Below are positions 46,590 to 59,053 of a stretch of 64,000 nt of DNA, piece after piece. This stretch comes from an uncultured archaeon (GTDB lineage Archaea > Thermoproteota > EX4484-205 > JAAOZP01): the NCBI GenBank assembly GCA_938045545.1, contig CALIBN010000017.1, forward strand, positions 32,001 to 96,000, written 5' to 3'. The notes beneath the pieces are model-generated. The model saw nothing but the letters and a program-made list of their open reading frames with translations. It did no database searches and was not told where the DNA came from. The position numbers and the translations under genes were made by a program. Position 1 is the stretch's first letter, and the number at the start of each line of letters is the position of its first letter.

Positions 46590-47771
46590 TCAAGTCACGA
46601 TTTCCTCAAGCCTATTATTCGCGGCAGCGTGTTTAATCTCGAGCATCGGCAGGTCCATGGGAGTCTCTATTCTCTCTAATCCGTATTTTCTAAGGAAGCT
46701 GAGGTATTTCAGGGTGAGCCGGCGCATCTCGGGAGAGGTCGGTCCCACGCACGGGCACCCGGGTATCCTTGGACTGACGTCGAAAACGTAGAACTCCAGC
46801 CTTTTCTGCTCAGGGTCTTCAGCATCGTATGCTATTGCTCCCTGAAGCGCGAAAAGCCCTATCATCCCAGGCGGGTACTCCTTTTCACATATCCTTCTGA
46901 ACTTTTCGGCAGCCCTGTAGACTAAAGGTTTTAGAGATTCCCTCATCGTCAACCCGTAGTGGCCGACCTCCTCGTTCTTAATAGGCACGTCCAGAGATAA
47001 CTGACTTTTAGCAGGTAGCCCGAGTACGCCGTGTAGGTTTGTTTGCTTCCTGTCGTCGAATCCAAGTAGGTCGAAGTCGTCGAAAACGTCTTTCAAAGCC
47101 CATCCTTGAAAGTTAGCGTTAAACTTCTGGCCCAGCACATACTCCTCTATCCTTGCTTTTCTCAATCCCTCCTCGCTTATCACATCCCTTCTGATGAGCT
47201 CCTCAACCTTCTCGTAGTACTCTTGCGGCGAGGAGGCGTAGAAGAATGCTCTTTCAAGCGGCTTCCTCTTCTGCTGAACCTTAACTATCACCAGCCTGTC
47301 GATCTCCTCAGGCTTGCTGAACCTCCGTGGCATTTTTATTCCCGCCTTCTCCAGAAGCCAGTACTGGTTTCTCTCCTCGCCGCGCTCCTCCGCCCTCAGA
47401 ATCATCCTGTTGCCGTATAATGGAACCCTGAAGACCTTCTCAATATTATCGTAGCCAACGTAGACTGAGAAAGACCTATTCGGAATAAAAATGGTGCTAA
47501 GACTTATCATTTTCTCCTGAACCTCTTCGCCAACCATGTCTGAGAACCTGTCAACCATTAACACGTGGTCGAAAAGATGCTTGTTATACTTGGCGTACAG
47601 CTCCTCCCTGCCCTTCTGGCATACGACGAGCGTCTTGAAACCCATCGCTTTCGCTGAGACGCCTACCTCCTCCGCTGAATGCGAGCCCAGCACGCCAATG
47701 GTTATGTTGCTGGCGTCGTATTTTGAAACAATTTCCCGAGCCTCCTCCAACCTAACAGTCATGCTGATCAC
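46590..47771 (-). CDS. purP: PurP-family ATP-grasp protein (AICAR formyltransferase-like paralog)
   Basis: LGSHSA, IPNRSF, IEEY, RESL and FDVSPRIPG motifs. Confidence 0.88.
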   Translation of the reverse strand: MISMTVRLEEAREIVSKYDASNITIGVLGSHSAEEVGVSAKAMGFKTLVVCQKGREELYAKYNKHLFDHVLMVDRFSDMVGEEVQEKMISLSTIFIPNRSFSVYVGYDNIEKVFRVPLYGNRMILRAEERGEERNQYWLLEKAGIKMPRRFSKPEEIDRLVIVKVQQKRKPLERAFFYASSPQEYYEKVEELIRRDVISEEGLRKARIEEYVLGQKFNANFQGWALKDVFDDFDLLGFDDRKQTNLHGVLGLPAKSQLSLDVPIKNEEVGHYGLTMRESLKPLVYRAAEKFRRICEKEYPPGMIGLFALQGAIAYDAEDPEQKRLEFYVFDVSPRIPGCPCVGPTSPEMRRLTLKYLSFLRKYGLERIETPMDLPMLEIKHAAANNRLEEIVT

Positions 47772-47790
47772 TGAATAATGTTTAACCAGG

Positions 47791-48876
<1,086 letters not shown>

Positions 48877-49022
48877 TCAAAAAACCTAAGGAATCAAAAC
48901 CGTCTCCTACTTTAAATTAGAGGCGTTCACAGAACCGATTAAGTCCATGTTTCTCCCATTAGATTTATAAACAAGGGTTTTTGTCTCCACGACCCAGTTA
49001 AAGGAGTGGCTAGGGATAAACC

Positions 49023-51074
49023 ATGGGGTGGTTTCAGGCGACGTCGATAGCCGGCTTGGCTGCCGTAGGGTTAGCAGGCTACCTGTATAGGTATGTGGCG
49101 AAAGAGGAAAGCGGCACTGAAAGGATGAAGGAGATTGCGAACGCTATAAAGGAGGGTGCTAAAGCCTATCTTAAAAGGCAGAATTCCACGCTGGCTGTTT
49201 TCGTCTTGGTGATGGCGATTGTTCTCGGGGTGCTGTACTCTTTCTCCCATGAGAACGTTTACTATGGATTGAGCGTTGCCTCAGCCTATGTGCTAGGCTC
49301 CATGTGCTCAACTATCGCTGCCTACGTCGGCATGATGGCTGCTGTCGAGGCTAACGTTCGGACTGCTAACTCTGCTAAACAGGGTTTGAAGAAGGCTTTC
49401 CCAGTAGCCTTTTACGGCGGTGCAGTCATGGGGCTTTTCGTCGTCGGCCTTGCTCTCCTAGGCATAAGCTTCCTATTTTATCTTTACAACATTGTCTTCG
49501 GCTGGAGTGCCGAGGACGCGTCAAGCGTTGTCCTAGGGTTCAGCTTCGGGGCCAGTGCCCTCGCGCTCTTCGCCAAGGCCGGTGGAGGAATATATACGAA
49601 GACTGCTGACATAAGCGCGGACCTCGTTGGAAAGGTTGAGCTAGGTATTCCTGAGGACGATCCTAGGAACCCGGCAGTTATTGCTGACAACGTTGGCGAC
49701 AATGTGGGGGATGTTGCGGGAATGGGGGCTGACCTGGTTGACTCATACATAGCGAGCATCGTCGCCACGATGATCATCGGCGCTGAGCTGCGTGAAGCAG
49801 TGTTAACCACGCTGCCACTAATGATAGCCGCCATAGGCCTTTTCGCCTCGCTAGTAGGTGTCTTCATAGTTAGGCAGAGCATAAAGGGGAACCCTGGCGC
49901 GGCGCTCAACAGGGGCTCGTTCGCCACATGGCTAGTCTTCGCGGTTTTCCTCTTGGTCTTAACCTATTTTTCAGGGCTGGAGGGCAACAGGTGGCTCGGG
50001 GTGTTTCTACCCACGGCCGCGGGTTTAACAGCCGGGGTAATCATCGGAATCACGTCGGACTACTTCACCTCCATAGACAGAATGCCCGCTAGGAAGGTGG
50101 CTCAGGCCTCAGTAACCGGGGCTGCTATAAACATTCTCACAGGCTTCTCCTACGGTATAATCAGCATAGTTCCGTCTGTAATCGGCATCTGCGCCGCTAC
50201 TCTAGCAGCCTGGTATCTGGCCGAGGCTTTCGGCGTAAGCCCGTTCTACGGCATTGCGATATCAGCCGTTGGAATGCTCGCAACAGTAGGCATGACTATT
50301 GCGGCCGACGCTTACGGGCCTGTTTCAGACAACGCGAAGGGTATTGCTGAGCAATCCGGCTTGGGGGAGGAGGTTATTGAGATTGCAGACAGGCTTGACG
50401 CCGCTGGGAACACTACGAAAGCCATCACGAAAGGTTTCGCCATAGGTGCGGCAGCGCTTACTGTTCTAGCGCTTTTCGCAGCCTATGCTCACCTGGTCGA
50501 TATTGAAATGCTTGACCTGATGAAGCCGGGTGTTGTCGTCGGGGTTTTCATAGGCGGGATGATGCCGCCGCTGCTCTCAGCCCTCCTGATACTCGCTGTC
50601 GGAAGGAACGCTGAGCGAATGGTTGAGGAGGTTAGGCGCCAGTTTAAAGAGATCCCTGGCTTGATGGATGGGAGTGCGAAGCCTGATTACGCTAGGTGCG
50701 TAGACATCGCTACAAAGGGTGCAATAAGAGAGCTGATGCTGCCCTGCTCTTTAGCAATAGTGGTCCCGGTTTTGATCATGGTGCTGCTTGGGAAGGAGGC
50801 GCTCGCAGGCTTCCTCGCAGGCAGCATTGTCACGGGCATAATATTCGCGCTCTTCATGGCCAACTCGGGTGGGCTCTGGGATAACGCTAAGAAATACATC
50901 GAGTCTGGGGCGCACGGTGGGAAAGGCTCGGAGGCGCATAAGGCTGCTGTCACAGGCGACACCGTGGGAGACCCGTTTAAAGACACAGCCGGCCCGTCGT
51001 TGAACACTATGATCACAGTCATGTCCCTGGTGGCGGAGGTCTTCGCCCCGTTAATACTCTTATTGGCCCAGTGA
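49023..51074 (+). CDS. hppA: Membrane-bound H+-translocating pyrophosphatase (K+-independent signature)
   Basis: [33 protein letters not shown] (Lys at the K+-independence position) and GDPFKDT motifs. Confidence 0.95.
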   Translation: MGWFQATSIAGLAAVGLAGYLYRYVAKEESGTERMKEIANAIKEGAKAYLKRQNSTLAVFVLVMAIVLGVLYSFSHENVYYGLSVASAYVLGSMCSTIAAYVGMMAAVEANVRTANSAKQGLKKAFPVAFYGGAVMGLFVVGLALLGISFLFYLYNIVFGWSAEDASSVVLGFSFGASALALFAKAGGGIYTKTADISADLVGKVELGIPEDDPRNPAVIADNVGDNVGDVAGMGADLVDSYIASIVATMIIGAELREAVLTTLPLMIAAIGLFASLVGVFIVRQSIKGNPGAALNRGSFATWLVFAVFLLVLTYFSGLEGNRWLGVFLPTAAGLTAGVIIGITSDYFTSIDRMPARKVAQASVTGAAINILTGFSYGIISIVPSVIGICAATLAAWYLAEAFGVSPFYGIAISAVGMLATVGMTIAADAYGPVSDNAKGIAEQSGLGEEVIEIADRLDAAGNTTKAITKGFAIGAAALTVLALFAAYAHLVDIEMLDLMKPGVVVGVFIGGMMPPLLSALLILAVGRNAERMVEEVRRQFKEIPGLMDGSAKPDYARCVDIATKGAIRELMLPCSLAIVVPVLIMVLLGKEALAGFLAGSIVTGIIFALFMANSGGLWDNAKKYIESGAHGGKGSEAHKAAVTGDTVGDPFKDTAGPSLNTMITVMSLVAEVFAPLILLLAQ

Positions 51075-51156
51075 TTTTTCAAAAAGACGTTCTAACAATA
51101 GTTAATCTTATAAGCTGGTTTCTCCGCGCTTTGCTGAGAATAAGGAGAGGTCATCA

Positions 51157-53982
51157 ATGTCTAAGCCTTGGCACGCCAAGAGCGTTGAAGAAGTCTTACA
51201 GGAGCTGGGCGTGAACCGTGAAGGATTATCCATTCAAGAGGCTGTTGAAAGGCTCAAGAAATATGGGCCTAATGAGATCAAGGAGGTGAAGCGCAGAACC
51301 GTCCTCCAAATGTTTCTAGACGAGTTTAAAGACATCTTTATTCTTCTGCTGATCGCCGCGACGGTCTTCTCCGCGATAATCGGCTACTATGAGATGCTGC
51401 AGGGCGGGGAGTTCATGGAGTCTTTCGCCGATGTTATTACGATAAGCGCGATAGTTTTTATGTGCGCTGTCACCGGTTTCATTCAGGAATACAGGGCTGA
51501 GAAGGCTGTTGAAGCCCTTAAGAAATTGGCTGCTCCCAAGGCCCGCGTAATAAGGGATGGTGTGGAAAACATTATTCCGGCGAGCGAAGTAGTCCCAGGA
51601 GATATTCTTGCGCTTGAGGCGGGCGACCATGTTCCGGCTGACGCCCGCATTATTGAGGCGGTTGAGCTGAAGGCTAACGAGGCGGTTTTAACAGGGGAAT
51701 CCGTCCCGGTGGTTAAAGAGGCAACGGTCCTTAAGGAGGATGCGCCTGTTTCCGAGAGGCGTAACATGGTTTTCTCCGCAACCCACATAGTCTACGGCAG
51801 GGGGAAGGCTGTTGCAACAGCCACAGGCATGAACACGGAGTTCGGAAAAATCGCGCGCATGGTTCAGACGGCTGAAGAAGAGGAGACTCCTCTCCAGAGG
51901 AAGCTGAACAGGTTTGCAAGTAAAATAGCTCGAGTCGTCATCTTGGTATGTGCAGTGATTTTCGCACTTGAAGCCTTAGAGGTGGTGATGCAGGGCCGTT
52001 TCGAGCCTGAGGGCTTTATCCAGGCTTTCATGTCATCCATAGCTTTAGCAATATCCGCCGTACCAGAAGGGCTTCCAGCAATAGTCACAGTAGCCTTAGC
52101 CCTCGGCGCCAGAGAGTTTGCGAAGCGGAACGCTATTGTGAGACGCTTATCTTCAGCGGAGAGCTTGGGCGCGGTTACGGTAATATGCTCAGACAAGACT
52201 GGCACAATAACCAAGGGAGAGATGACTGTTCGAAAACTATATGTTGAAGATAAGCTTTTCGAGGTTACCGGGGTTGGCTACGAGCCGAAGGGGGAGTTCC
52301 GTCTCGGCGACGATTCGGTGAAGCCTGAGGGTAGCCTTGAGCTGCTCCTGAGGATAGGTGTCCTGTGCAACAATGCCAGCTTGAGGAGGAATGACAAGAA
52401 CAATACTTGGGAGATCTTCGGAGACCCTACTGAGGGAGCTCTCATCGTTGCGGCTGCTAAGGCTGGGCTTGAGAAGGGGGCTCTGGAGGAGAGGTTCCCA
52501 AGGATTGGCGAGATCCCGTTCACTTCCGAAAGGAAACGCATGACCACTATCCATAAGACTCCGGATGGAGAGATCCATGCTTACATGAAGGGGGCTCCTG
52601 AAATCGTGTTAGAAAGATGCACTCGCATCCTTGAGAACGGTGTGGAAAAGGATTTGACGATGGAGAAGAGAAAGAGGATTCTCGAGGTTAACGAGCAGCT
52701 GGCTGGGGATGCTTTAAGGATGCTTGCGATGGCTTATCGGCGCCTGCCGGAAAACATGGAGAAGCATGAGGATGAGGCTGTGGAGAGAGATATGGTTTTC
52801 ATCGGGCTCCAGGGGATGATTGACCCACCGAGGGAGGAGGCTATAGAGGCTAACAAGCTTTGCCAGAAGGCAGGCATAAAGACCGTTATGATAACCGGGG
52901 ACCATAAGCTGACGGCCGTCGCGGTTGCCAGGGAGGTAGGGATCTTCAAAGAGGGCGACCTGGTTTTAACAGGCAAGGACTTGGATGAGTTGAGCGACGA
53001 GGAGTTTGAGAAGAACGTTGAAAGAGTCACGGTTTACGCGAGGGTTTCTCCTGAACATAAGCTTAGGATTGTTAACGCGTTGAGGAGGAAGGGCCACATT
53101 GTAGCAATGACCGGGGACGGGGTTAACGATGCCCCTGCGGTTAAGGCTGCTGACGTAGGCGTTGCAATGGGCATAACTGGGACTGACGTTACCAAGGAGG
53201 CTTCAGACCTGATCTTGATGGATGACAATTTCGCAACCATAGTTAAGGCTGTTGAACAGGGGAGAGTAATCTATGACAACATTAGAAAATATGCCCGCTT
53301 CCTTCTCGCATGCAACTTCGACGAGCTGCTTGTAATAGGCACGTTCGCCATCCTAGGCGGGTTGTTCGGTGAAACCATGTTTCCACTCCCGCTCCTTCCT
53401 GCGATGATCCTCTGGATAAACCTGGTTACTGACGGTGGTCCTGCAATTGCCCTAGCGACGGATCCTCCAGATGTGGATGTTATGGAGAGACCACCCCGCA
53501 AACCGGAGGAAGGCATTCTCCATGGAATGGGCGCCTTCATAATAGCATCCTTCATACTACAAGCCACTGGAACGTTCCTCGTTTTCTGCTTAGAGTATTA
53601 CATTTGGCCGGCACACCCATGGATGCTCCCAAACGGGACAATAGACGAAATCGCTAGGGAGCTGACTTACAGGGAGGCCACAACCACAGCCTTTGTTCAG
53701 GCAGCCATGTTCGAGCTTTTCGTCGTCTGGAACTGCCGCTCGGAGAAACACAGCGTCTGGAGAATGGGTGGGAAGGCCTTTAGAAACAAGTTCTTCGTGA
53801 TAGCTGACTTAGCATCCGCCGCGTTAACCCTCGGAATAACCTACATACCAGTAACACAACAATTATTCCACCTGACTGCATTAAGTCCTGTCGATTTAGC
53901 GTACGACATAGGGGTGGCAAGTTGGGGCCTATTCATCTTTCCGGAGCTATTCATGGGAAGAAAAGTCTGGAAATGGGAATAA
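51157..53982 (+). CDS. P-type ATPase, type IIA (Ca2+-transporting)
   Basis: TGES, VPEGL, DKTGT, KGAPE, TGDGVND and WINLVTD motifs. Confidence 0.93.
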   Translation: MSKPWHAKSVEEVLQELGVNREGLSIQEAVERLKKYGPNEIKEVKRRTVLQMFLDEFKDIFILLLIAATVFSAIIGYYEMLQGGEFMESFADVITISAIVFMCAVTGFIQEYRAEKAVEALKKLAAPKARVIRDGVENIIPASEVVPGDILALEAGDHVPADARIIEAVELKANEAVLTGESVPVVKEATVLKEDAPVSERRNMVFSATHIVYGRGKAVATATGMNTEFGKIARMVQTAEEEETPLQRKLNRFASKIARVVILVCAVIFALEALEVVMQGRFEPEGFIQAFMSSIALAISAVPEGLPAIVTVALALGAREFAKRNAIVRRLSSAESLGAVTVICSDKTGTITKGEMTVRKLYVEDKLFEVTGVGYEPKGEFRLGDDSVKPEGSLELLLRIGVLCNNASLRRNDKNNTWEIFGDPTEGALIVAAAKAGLEKGALEERFPRIGEIPFTSERKRMTTIHKTPDGEIHAYMKGAPEIVLERCTRILENGVEKDLTMEKRKRILEVNEQLAGDALRMLAMAYRRLPENMEKHEDEAVERDMVFIGLQGMIDPPREEAIEANKLCQKAGIKTVMITGDHKLTAVAVAREVGIFKEGDLVLTGKDLDELSDEEFEKNVERVTVYARVSPEHKLRIVNALRRKGHIVAMTGDGVNDAPAVKAADVGVAMGITGTDVTKEASDLILMDDNFATIVKAVEQGRVIYDNIRKYARFLLACNFDELLVIGTFAILGGLFGETMFPLPLLPAMILWINLVTDGGPAIALATDPPDVDVMERPPRKPEEGILHGMGAFIIASFILQATGTFLVFCLEYYIWPAHPWMLPNGTIDEIARELTYREATTTAFVQAAMFELFVVWNCRSEKHSVWRMGGKAFRNKFFVIADLASAALTLGITYIPVTQQLFHLTALSPVDLAYDIGVASWGLFIFPELFMGRKVWKWE

Positions 53983-54484
53983 CGATGAAGTGCTTAAAAT
54001 ACTATTCTTGTCTCAAAATTCTCGGCGAGGAGCTGGCTTGGTTTAAGCAGAGAGTTATCTAACAGCCACTTGGAGGAATACTGTTGATAAAGGTTAAGTA
54101 TGCTTATTCATTACAGCTTGCCATATCTTTCGGTAATGGTGGCTAGATATATTCGTTGGAGGGATAGGATGGCGGACCCTGAATCCGATACGTATATTAT
54201 CCTAAGCTTATCCTCTGCGAGAACGGGGGAGATGCTCGCTTCATCCGACGCATTATCGGTGAAGGAACTGGTATGCATAATGCAGTTTTAGCAGAATTAA
54301 AGGGGTAAAAGCGTTTTAGACATTGTTAAGCCTCTACATGGTCGGAGAAAAGGCACATACGCACCGTTTAAACATGAGCATTAAAGGATAGTTTAGTGGA
54401 CTTAACTAGCCTTTACTGTACTTTTTTTGAAACCGGTCAGATAAGCTTAATAATTTGTCAATCTTAACTAATAGTTAAGTAAAA

Positions 54485-55222
54485 ATGTGGATACCTGCTT
54501 GGCTCGGAGAAGTGTATTCGAGGCTTTTCCTAAGGTTTGAGAGCGAGTTATTCACCTTTAAGGACGCCTTGGAGTTTCTAAAGGTTAGTGAAAACAGGCT
54601 TTCAGTAGCCTTCAGCAGGCTTCATAAAAATAGGGTTCTGCTCGTTTTCGACGATGGTCGGCCTAGGCGGTATCGGCTTATCGACCCTAGGGGCTTCATC
54701 CTCTTAGCATCAGGCACAGTTAAAAACCTGCATATGGTTCCTCAAGAAAGGTATGTTAAAGTTTTATGCGACGCCTTCCAGGTTCTTTCACGCTACTTAA
54801 GGCTGACTTCTCTAGCTGTGTATGGCTCTGTCGCCCGTGGGACGGCGAAGGAGAATAGCGACATAGACCTGCTTATTGTTTCTAACGATTTCTCTGGAAG
54901 CATTGGGAGGAGAATAGACGTGCTTTACCGGTTAGAGAAGAATCTGGAAGAATTGGCATGGCTCAGGAGGAATGGTGTCTACACTGGTTTCAGCTTCTAT
55001 CCTCTGACTGAGGAGGAGGCTTCCCGGAAGCCTTTGCTCTTCATCGACATGACTGAGGATGCTGTAATAATTTACGATAGGAACCGGTTTCTGGAGAGAG
55101 TATTGACGGAGTTTAAAGCCGAGCTTCTCAAGCTCGGCGCTAAAAGGGTTTTCATGGACAAGGAAAACTGGTACTGGGATCTGAAGCCTGACTACAGGTT
55201 TGGGGAGGAGATAGCTGTTTGA
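54485..55222 (+). CDS. wHTH-fused minimal nucleotidyltransferase antitoxin
   Basis: N-terminal winged-helix-like region; VYGSVARGTA..SDIDLL; C-terminal WYWDLKPD. Confidence 0.8.
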   Translation: MWIPAWLGEVYSRLFLRFESELFTFKDALEFLKVSENRLSVAFSRLHKNRVLLVFDDGRPRRYRLIDPRGFILLASGTVKNLHMVPQERYVKVLCDAFQVLSRYLRLTSLAVYGSVARGTAKENSDIDLLIVSNDFSGSIGRRIDVLYRLEKNLEELAWLRRNGVYTGFSFYPLTEEEASRKPLLFIDMTEDAVIIYDRNRFLERVLTEFKAELLKLGAKRVFMDKENWYWDLKPDYRFGEEIAV

Positions 55223-55644
55223 GGCTCGTCAAGATCGCCCGATCATACTTGAAACAGGCTGAGGCTAGGCTTAGTGATGCTAAGGACGCATGTCAAGAGG
55301 ATAACTATCCTTATGCTGTGAGGCTGAGCCAAGAGTGCGTTGAACTTTCTTTGAAAGCTGTGCTTAAGGCAGTTGGCATAGAGTACCCGAAGGTGCACGA
55401 TGTTTCAGATGTATTGTTGAGTGTTGGACAGAGGTTTCCAGAATGGTTTCAACAGGAGTTGACCTATCTTTCTGAATCCTCTAAGATTCTGGTTAAGAAG
55501 AGGGAGGTAAGCTTCTATGGAGGTGAGGAAGCTTTTCTGTCTCCGGATGAAGTAATAGGGGAGGAGGATGCTAGGGATGCTATCGAAAGAGCTGGGAAGG
55601 CTTTCACCATTTGTAGAAAACTGGTGGAGGAGCTCGAAGACTAG
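55219..55644 (+). CDS. HEPN-domain protein
   Basis: AVRLSQECVELSLKAVL..YPKVHDV; 4-bp overlap with the MNT. Confidence 0.88.
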   Translation: MRLVKIARSYLKQAEARLSDAKDACQEDNYPYAVRLSQECVELSLKAVLKAVGIEYPKVHDVSDVLLSVGQRFPEWFQQELTYLSESSKILVKKREVSFYGGEEAFLSPDEVIGEEDARDAIERAGKAFTICRKLVEELED

Positions 55645-56313
55645 AAAGGTAAGGCTTTAACCCCTCCAAATGGCTTGAAGAAAGATTAGGGTTGTAACTG
55701 TTATTAACTTGGCTATCGGTTTTCCGCGCCTGTCTTCTGATGCAGAAAGTCTGGATCAGAATCTTCTTAGAGGACGGTGTTTTCAAAAGTGGCATAGCCT
55801 TGTCCCTAGATACGTTTAATCTGTCAGTTTCCCAGCCTCAAGAATCTTCCTGTATAGCGATATCCATTTTTTGTAGCCGCAGTCATCTCCCTTCAGTTCT
55901 TCTCCTACACCAGCACCCACTGTATGCTGCCTAGCTTCACAACAAGCAGCGAGTTGAGATGCGGTATCTGCCCCAGGCCATCAAGATGGTGTATTACTCT
56001 ATCCAGTCTTTCACACTGCTCTCGACATGGGAGACGCTCGTTGAACAGCTTGGAGGAAAGCATGGATGTGAAATCACATTGAATCGAGTACATCGTTCAG
56101 AACACTATATTTCATCCATGCTGGCGTGCCCTCCGCGTTCTTCATAACTTAGTTTCCCCCTTAATGGGTAAACTTTATTAAATACTTTACCGCAAGTATA
56201 AACATATGAATCTAAGGACGTACATGCTGACAAAAAAGGAAACCGTAAGAGACCTGAAGCGCGCCTTGAACCTATTGTCCTAATATTTACTGTCATATAG
56301 CCTGCATTAAAGT

Positions 56314-57432
56314 CTAGATGAGAATATCCAGTATTAGCAGAACGGATGCTGCTATAACAAGCGTGGTCCACACAGCCTTATTCCATCTAAGTATCTTTTT
56401 TCCATCCCACACGAAGCCTCCTGCTGCCTGTATCGGAATCAGATTGAGAATGACAATCAGCAGATTAGTAATGTATCCGACTGTTGCTGGCACCGCTAGC
56501 AGAGTCTCAGCCGTAATGGTTGGTATTGCCCAGAATGCGAAGCCAAGCGTCAGGCTGACGAACGGGCCTATGGCGAAGATGATTCCAGTCTTATCTTTTT
56601 CCGGGTCATACCACCAGTCTAACTGTTTCACGTATGTTGAGCCGTACGCTGGGAAGATGCTGCCGATTAGTGCCAGCAGCCAGCTGAATAGGATTCCTGA
56701 CCCCCAGGCTTTGAAGGTTGTTTCTAAGCCAAGTCTGCTTGCTGCAAGCTTTTGCGAAAGCTCGTGTGCCAGTAGGCTGACGGCTACAACCGTGAAAACC
56801 ATCGGGATAAGCATTAGTGGTCCTCGGCCTCGCAGTATTTGAATCCACCATGCCACGGATACGCCTAGCAGGGCAGCCAGCCAATGCCATGCTTCCCTGG
56901 TTTCACGATGCCTTGTTTTCTCTTTATCTCGCCTGAGAAAAAACGTTCCGAAGCCTATGAAGTGAAACTCTGTCATCCAGAGTCTTAGAAAGTCCAGCCC
57001 ATAGTCTCTGAGTTGCCCCGGAATCTCATAGAGATTAAAGCCCCTGTGTATGAACATGTTCCATGAGGGAGAATTATACCTGTCGGCTGTGGCATAGATG
57101 ACTTCGCACCCATGCTCCTCCAGCCACAATATGGCTCCATCCACTAGGGATTTTCCGATGGCTCTCCCACGAAGCTCTTTGTCTGAGACCAGCGCATCAA
57201 TGAAGCCTGTCCTCTTACCTTTTATAACCTGGATCCGCATGGAGACTGTCCCAACTATCTTTCCCCCGAACTCTGCAACTAAAGTGGTTCCTCTTTGCTT
57301 CTCTGCACTCTTCCGTGCCTCCTCAAACGATAGTTGAAAGATAATCCTGTCAGTTATGCCAAGGCTCCTCGTAAAAAGTTTCTTAACTTCTTTTTCTTCG
57401 CCTGGTTGCATCTCGCGGACGACAATCCTCAT
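56314..57432 (-). CDS. GNAT acetyltransferase fused to an M50 (site-2 protease)-like membrane domain
   Basis: RGRAIGKSL GNAT motif A; AHELSQ, AIGPFVS and NLIP..WDG in the TM region. Confidence 0.72.
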   Translation of the reverse strand: MRIVVREMQPGEEKEVKKLFTRSLGITDRIIFQLSFEEARKSAEKQRGTTLVAEFGGKIVGTVSMRIQVIKGKRTGFIDALVSDKELRGRAIGKSLVDGAILWLEEHGCEVIYATADRYNSPSWNMFIHRGFNLYEIPGQLRDYGLDFLRLWMTEFHFIGFGTFFLRRDKEKTRHRETREAWHWLAALLGVSVAWWIQILRGRGPLMLIPMVFTVVAVSLLAHELSQKLAASRLGLETTFKAWGSGILFSWLLALIGSIFPAYGSTYVKQLDWWYDPEKDKTGIIFAIGPFVSLTLGFAFWAIPTITAETLLAVPATVGYITNLLIVILNLIPIQAAGGFVWDGKKILRWNKAVWTTLVIAASVLLILDILI

Positions 57433-57504
57433 TTATAACGCCTTCAAGCTATGATTATGACTGTTTATAAATCTTATATAGATTTTCTCAAGAGATTTGT
57501 CTTC

Positions 57505-58974
57505 ATGGATGGAAACATAGTAGTCATAGTGTCTGATACTTTCAGGTTTGACCTGCTCCATGAAGGTTTCATCGTTAAAAACAATTTTAGGGTAAAACTA
57601 AATAGTGTTGAGAAGCTATGTTCAGAATCTGTTGAATTTGCCAGAGCGTACCACGCTTCTTTCCCCACTGTTCCAAACAGGGCCGACTTGTTTACAGGCC
57701 TGTTCACTTTTACTCGTTACGACTGGTCTCCACTGCCTAAGGAGTGGGTTACGATCGCAATGATTCTAAGGAAAGCGGGCTACACCTGCATGATGGTGGC
57801 GGACACCCCCCATATACTTAAGGACGGGTATAATTTTGACCGTGGCTTCGACGGGTGGGTTTGGATTAGGGGTCAGGAGAACGACCGGTATAGAACAAGC
57901 CCGGCGGATGTCAGGCTTCCATGCAGCCCTCAGAAGTTGAGAAGTGTTGAAACAACTATGCAACATATTAGGAACAATTACCACAGGAGGCACGAGGAAG
58001 ACTGGATACCCGCTAAGACCGCGATGGAGGCTTCACGCTGGCTCGAGGAGAACTATAGGGAGAAATTCTTCCTGTACGTGGACTTCTTCGACCCCCATGA
58101 GCCGTGGGACCCGCCAGCATGGTACGTGGACATTTATGACCCTTGCTACAAGGGTGAGGAAGTCATCTATCCAGCATACGGGCCGTGCAACTATCTTACG
58201 CGCGACGAGCTCTCGCATATTAGAGCAATGTACGCTGGCGAAGCAACTATGGTCGACAGGTGGATAGGGTTTCTGCTTGAAAAAATGAATAACCTAGGGT
58301 TGTTTGAGAACACCACTATCGTTTTTACGAGCGACCATGGCTTCTACCTCGGTGAACACGGGCTTATAGGTAAATCGATAATCATGGGGGAAAGCCATGG
58401 TTTAGCTCCCCTCTACGAGGAAGTAGCCCACATCCCGCTTCTAGTAAGGTTCGCAGATAATCTTGGATTGAGAAAAAAGGTGAAGATAGATGCTCTTGTT
58501 CAAACACCCGACATAACTGCTACGGTGCTTGACCTTGCTGGTGTGAAAAGCTCCACCGAGACCAGTGTTCAGGGGAAGTCGCTTCTGCCGCTTGTCAGGG
58601 GGGAAGCATCCAGCGTTAGGGACATAGCTGTTTCAACACCCTCACTGATTAAAGGAGTAAGAGCAGGATTGAGAGCGACGGTTACAACGGATGAGTGGTC
58701 TCTTATACTTGCGCCTGAGACAAGTATGGCTGAGGCTGAAAAAATCGAGGTTACGTTTATGGTTGACGGCGAACCTAGGAGGCTTAAGCCCATGGGCGAA
58801 ATAACCACAGAACTCTACAACCTTAAGTCAGACCCTAAGCAGGAGAGAAACCTTGTGTCTGAGGAAACCGAAACAGCTAAATGTATTCAGGCGAAGTTTA
58901 TAGGATTCCTCTCAGAGCTTGGGGCCGATAGAGAAACAATTAGTCCATGGCTTAAATGCAGAGGATTAATCTAG
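57505..58974 (+). CDS. Sulfatase-like alkaline-phosphatase-superfamily hydrolase
   Basis: IVSDTFR, TVPNRADLFTG, DPHEPW, TSDHG and ELYNL..DP.QERN motifs; ATG at 57505 preferred. Confidence 0.85.
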   Translation: MDGNIVVIVSDTFRFDLLHEGFIVKNNFRVKLNSVEKLCSESVEFARAYHASFPTVPNRADLFTGLFTFTRYDWSPLPKEWVTIAMILRKAGYTCMMVADTPHILKDGYNFDRGFDGWVWIRGQENDRYRTSPADVRLPCSPQKLRSVETTMQHIRNNYHRRHEEDWIPAKTAMEASRWLEENYREKFFLYVDFFDPHEPWDPPAWYVDIYDPCYKGEEVIYPAYGPCNYLTRDELSHIRAMYAGEATMVDRWIGFLLEKMNNLGLFENTTIVFTSDHGFYLGEHGLIGKSIIMGESHGLAPLYEEVAHIPLLVRFADNLGLRKKVKIDALVQTPDITATVLDLAGVKSSTETSVQGKSLLPLVRGEASSVRDIAVSTPSLIKGVRAGLRATVTTDEWSLILAPETSMAEAEKIEVTFMVDGEPRRLKPMGEITTELYNLKSDPKQERNLVSEETETAKCIQAKFIGFLSELGADRETISPWLKCRGLI

Positions 58975-59053
58975 TTCTTTCTGCACAACTATTCGGTGCA
59001 GGCTTACGCATCTAAAATCTGTTTTTACTGCTTGACTTTTATCTGTAGCAACT

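Noticed and set aside
54000-54450. Short ORF 54100-54291 and the surrounding gap
   Set aside because: No recognisable family or structure; cannot be supported as a gene
55650-56310. Several overlapping 60-90 aa ORFs
   Set aside because: Mutually overlapping with no motifs; likely a degraded remnant
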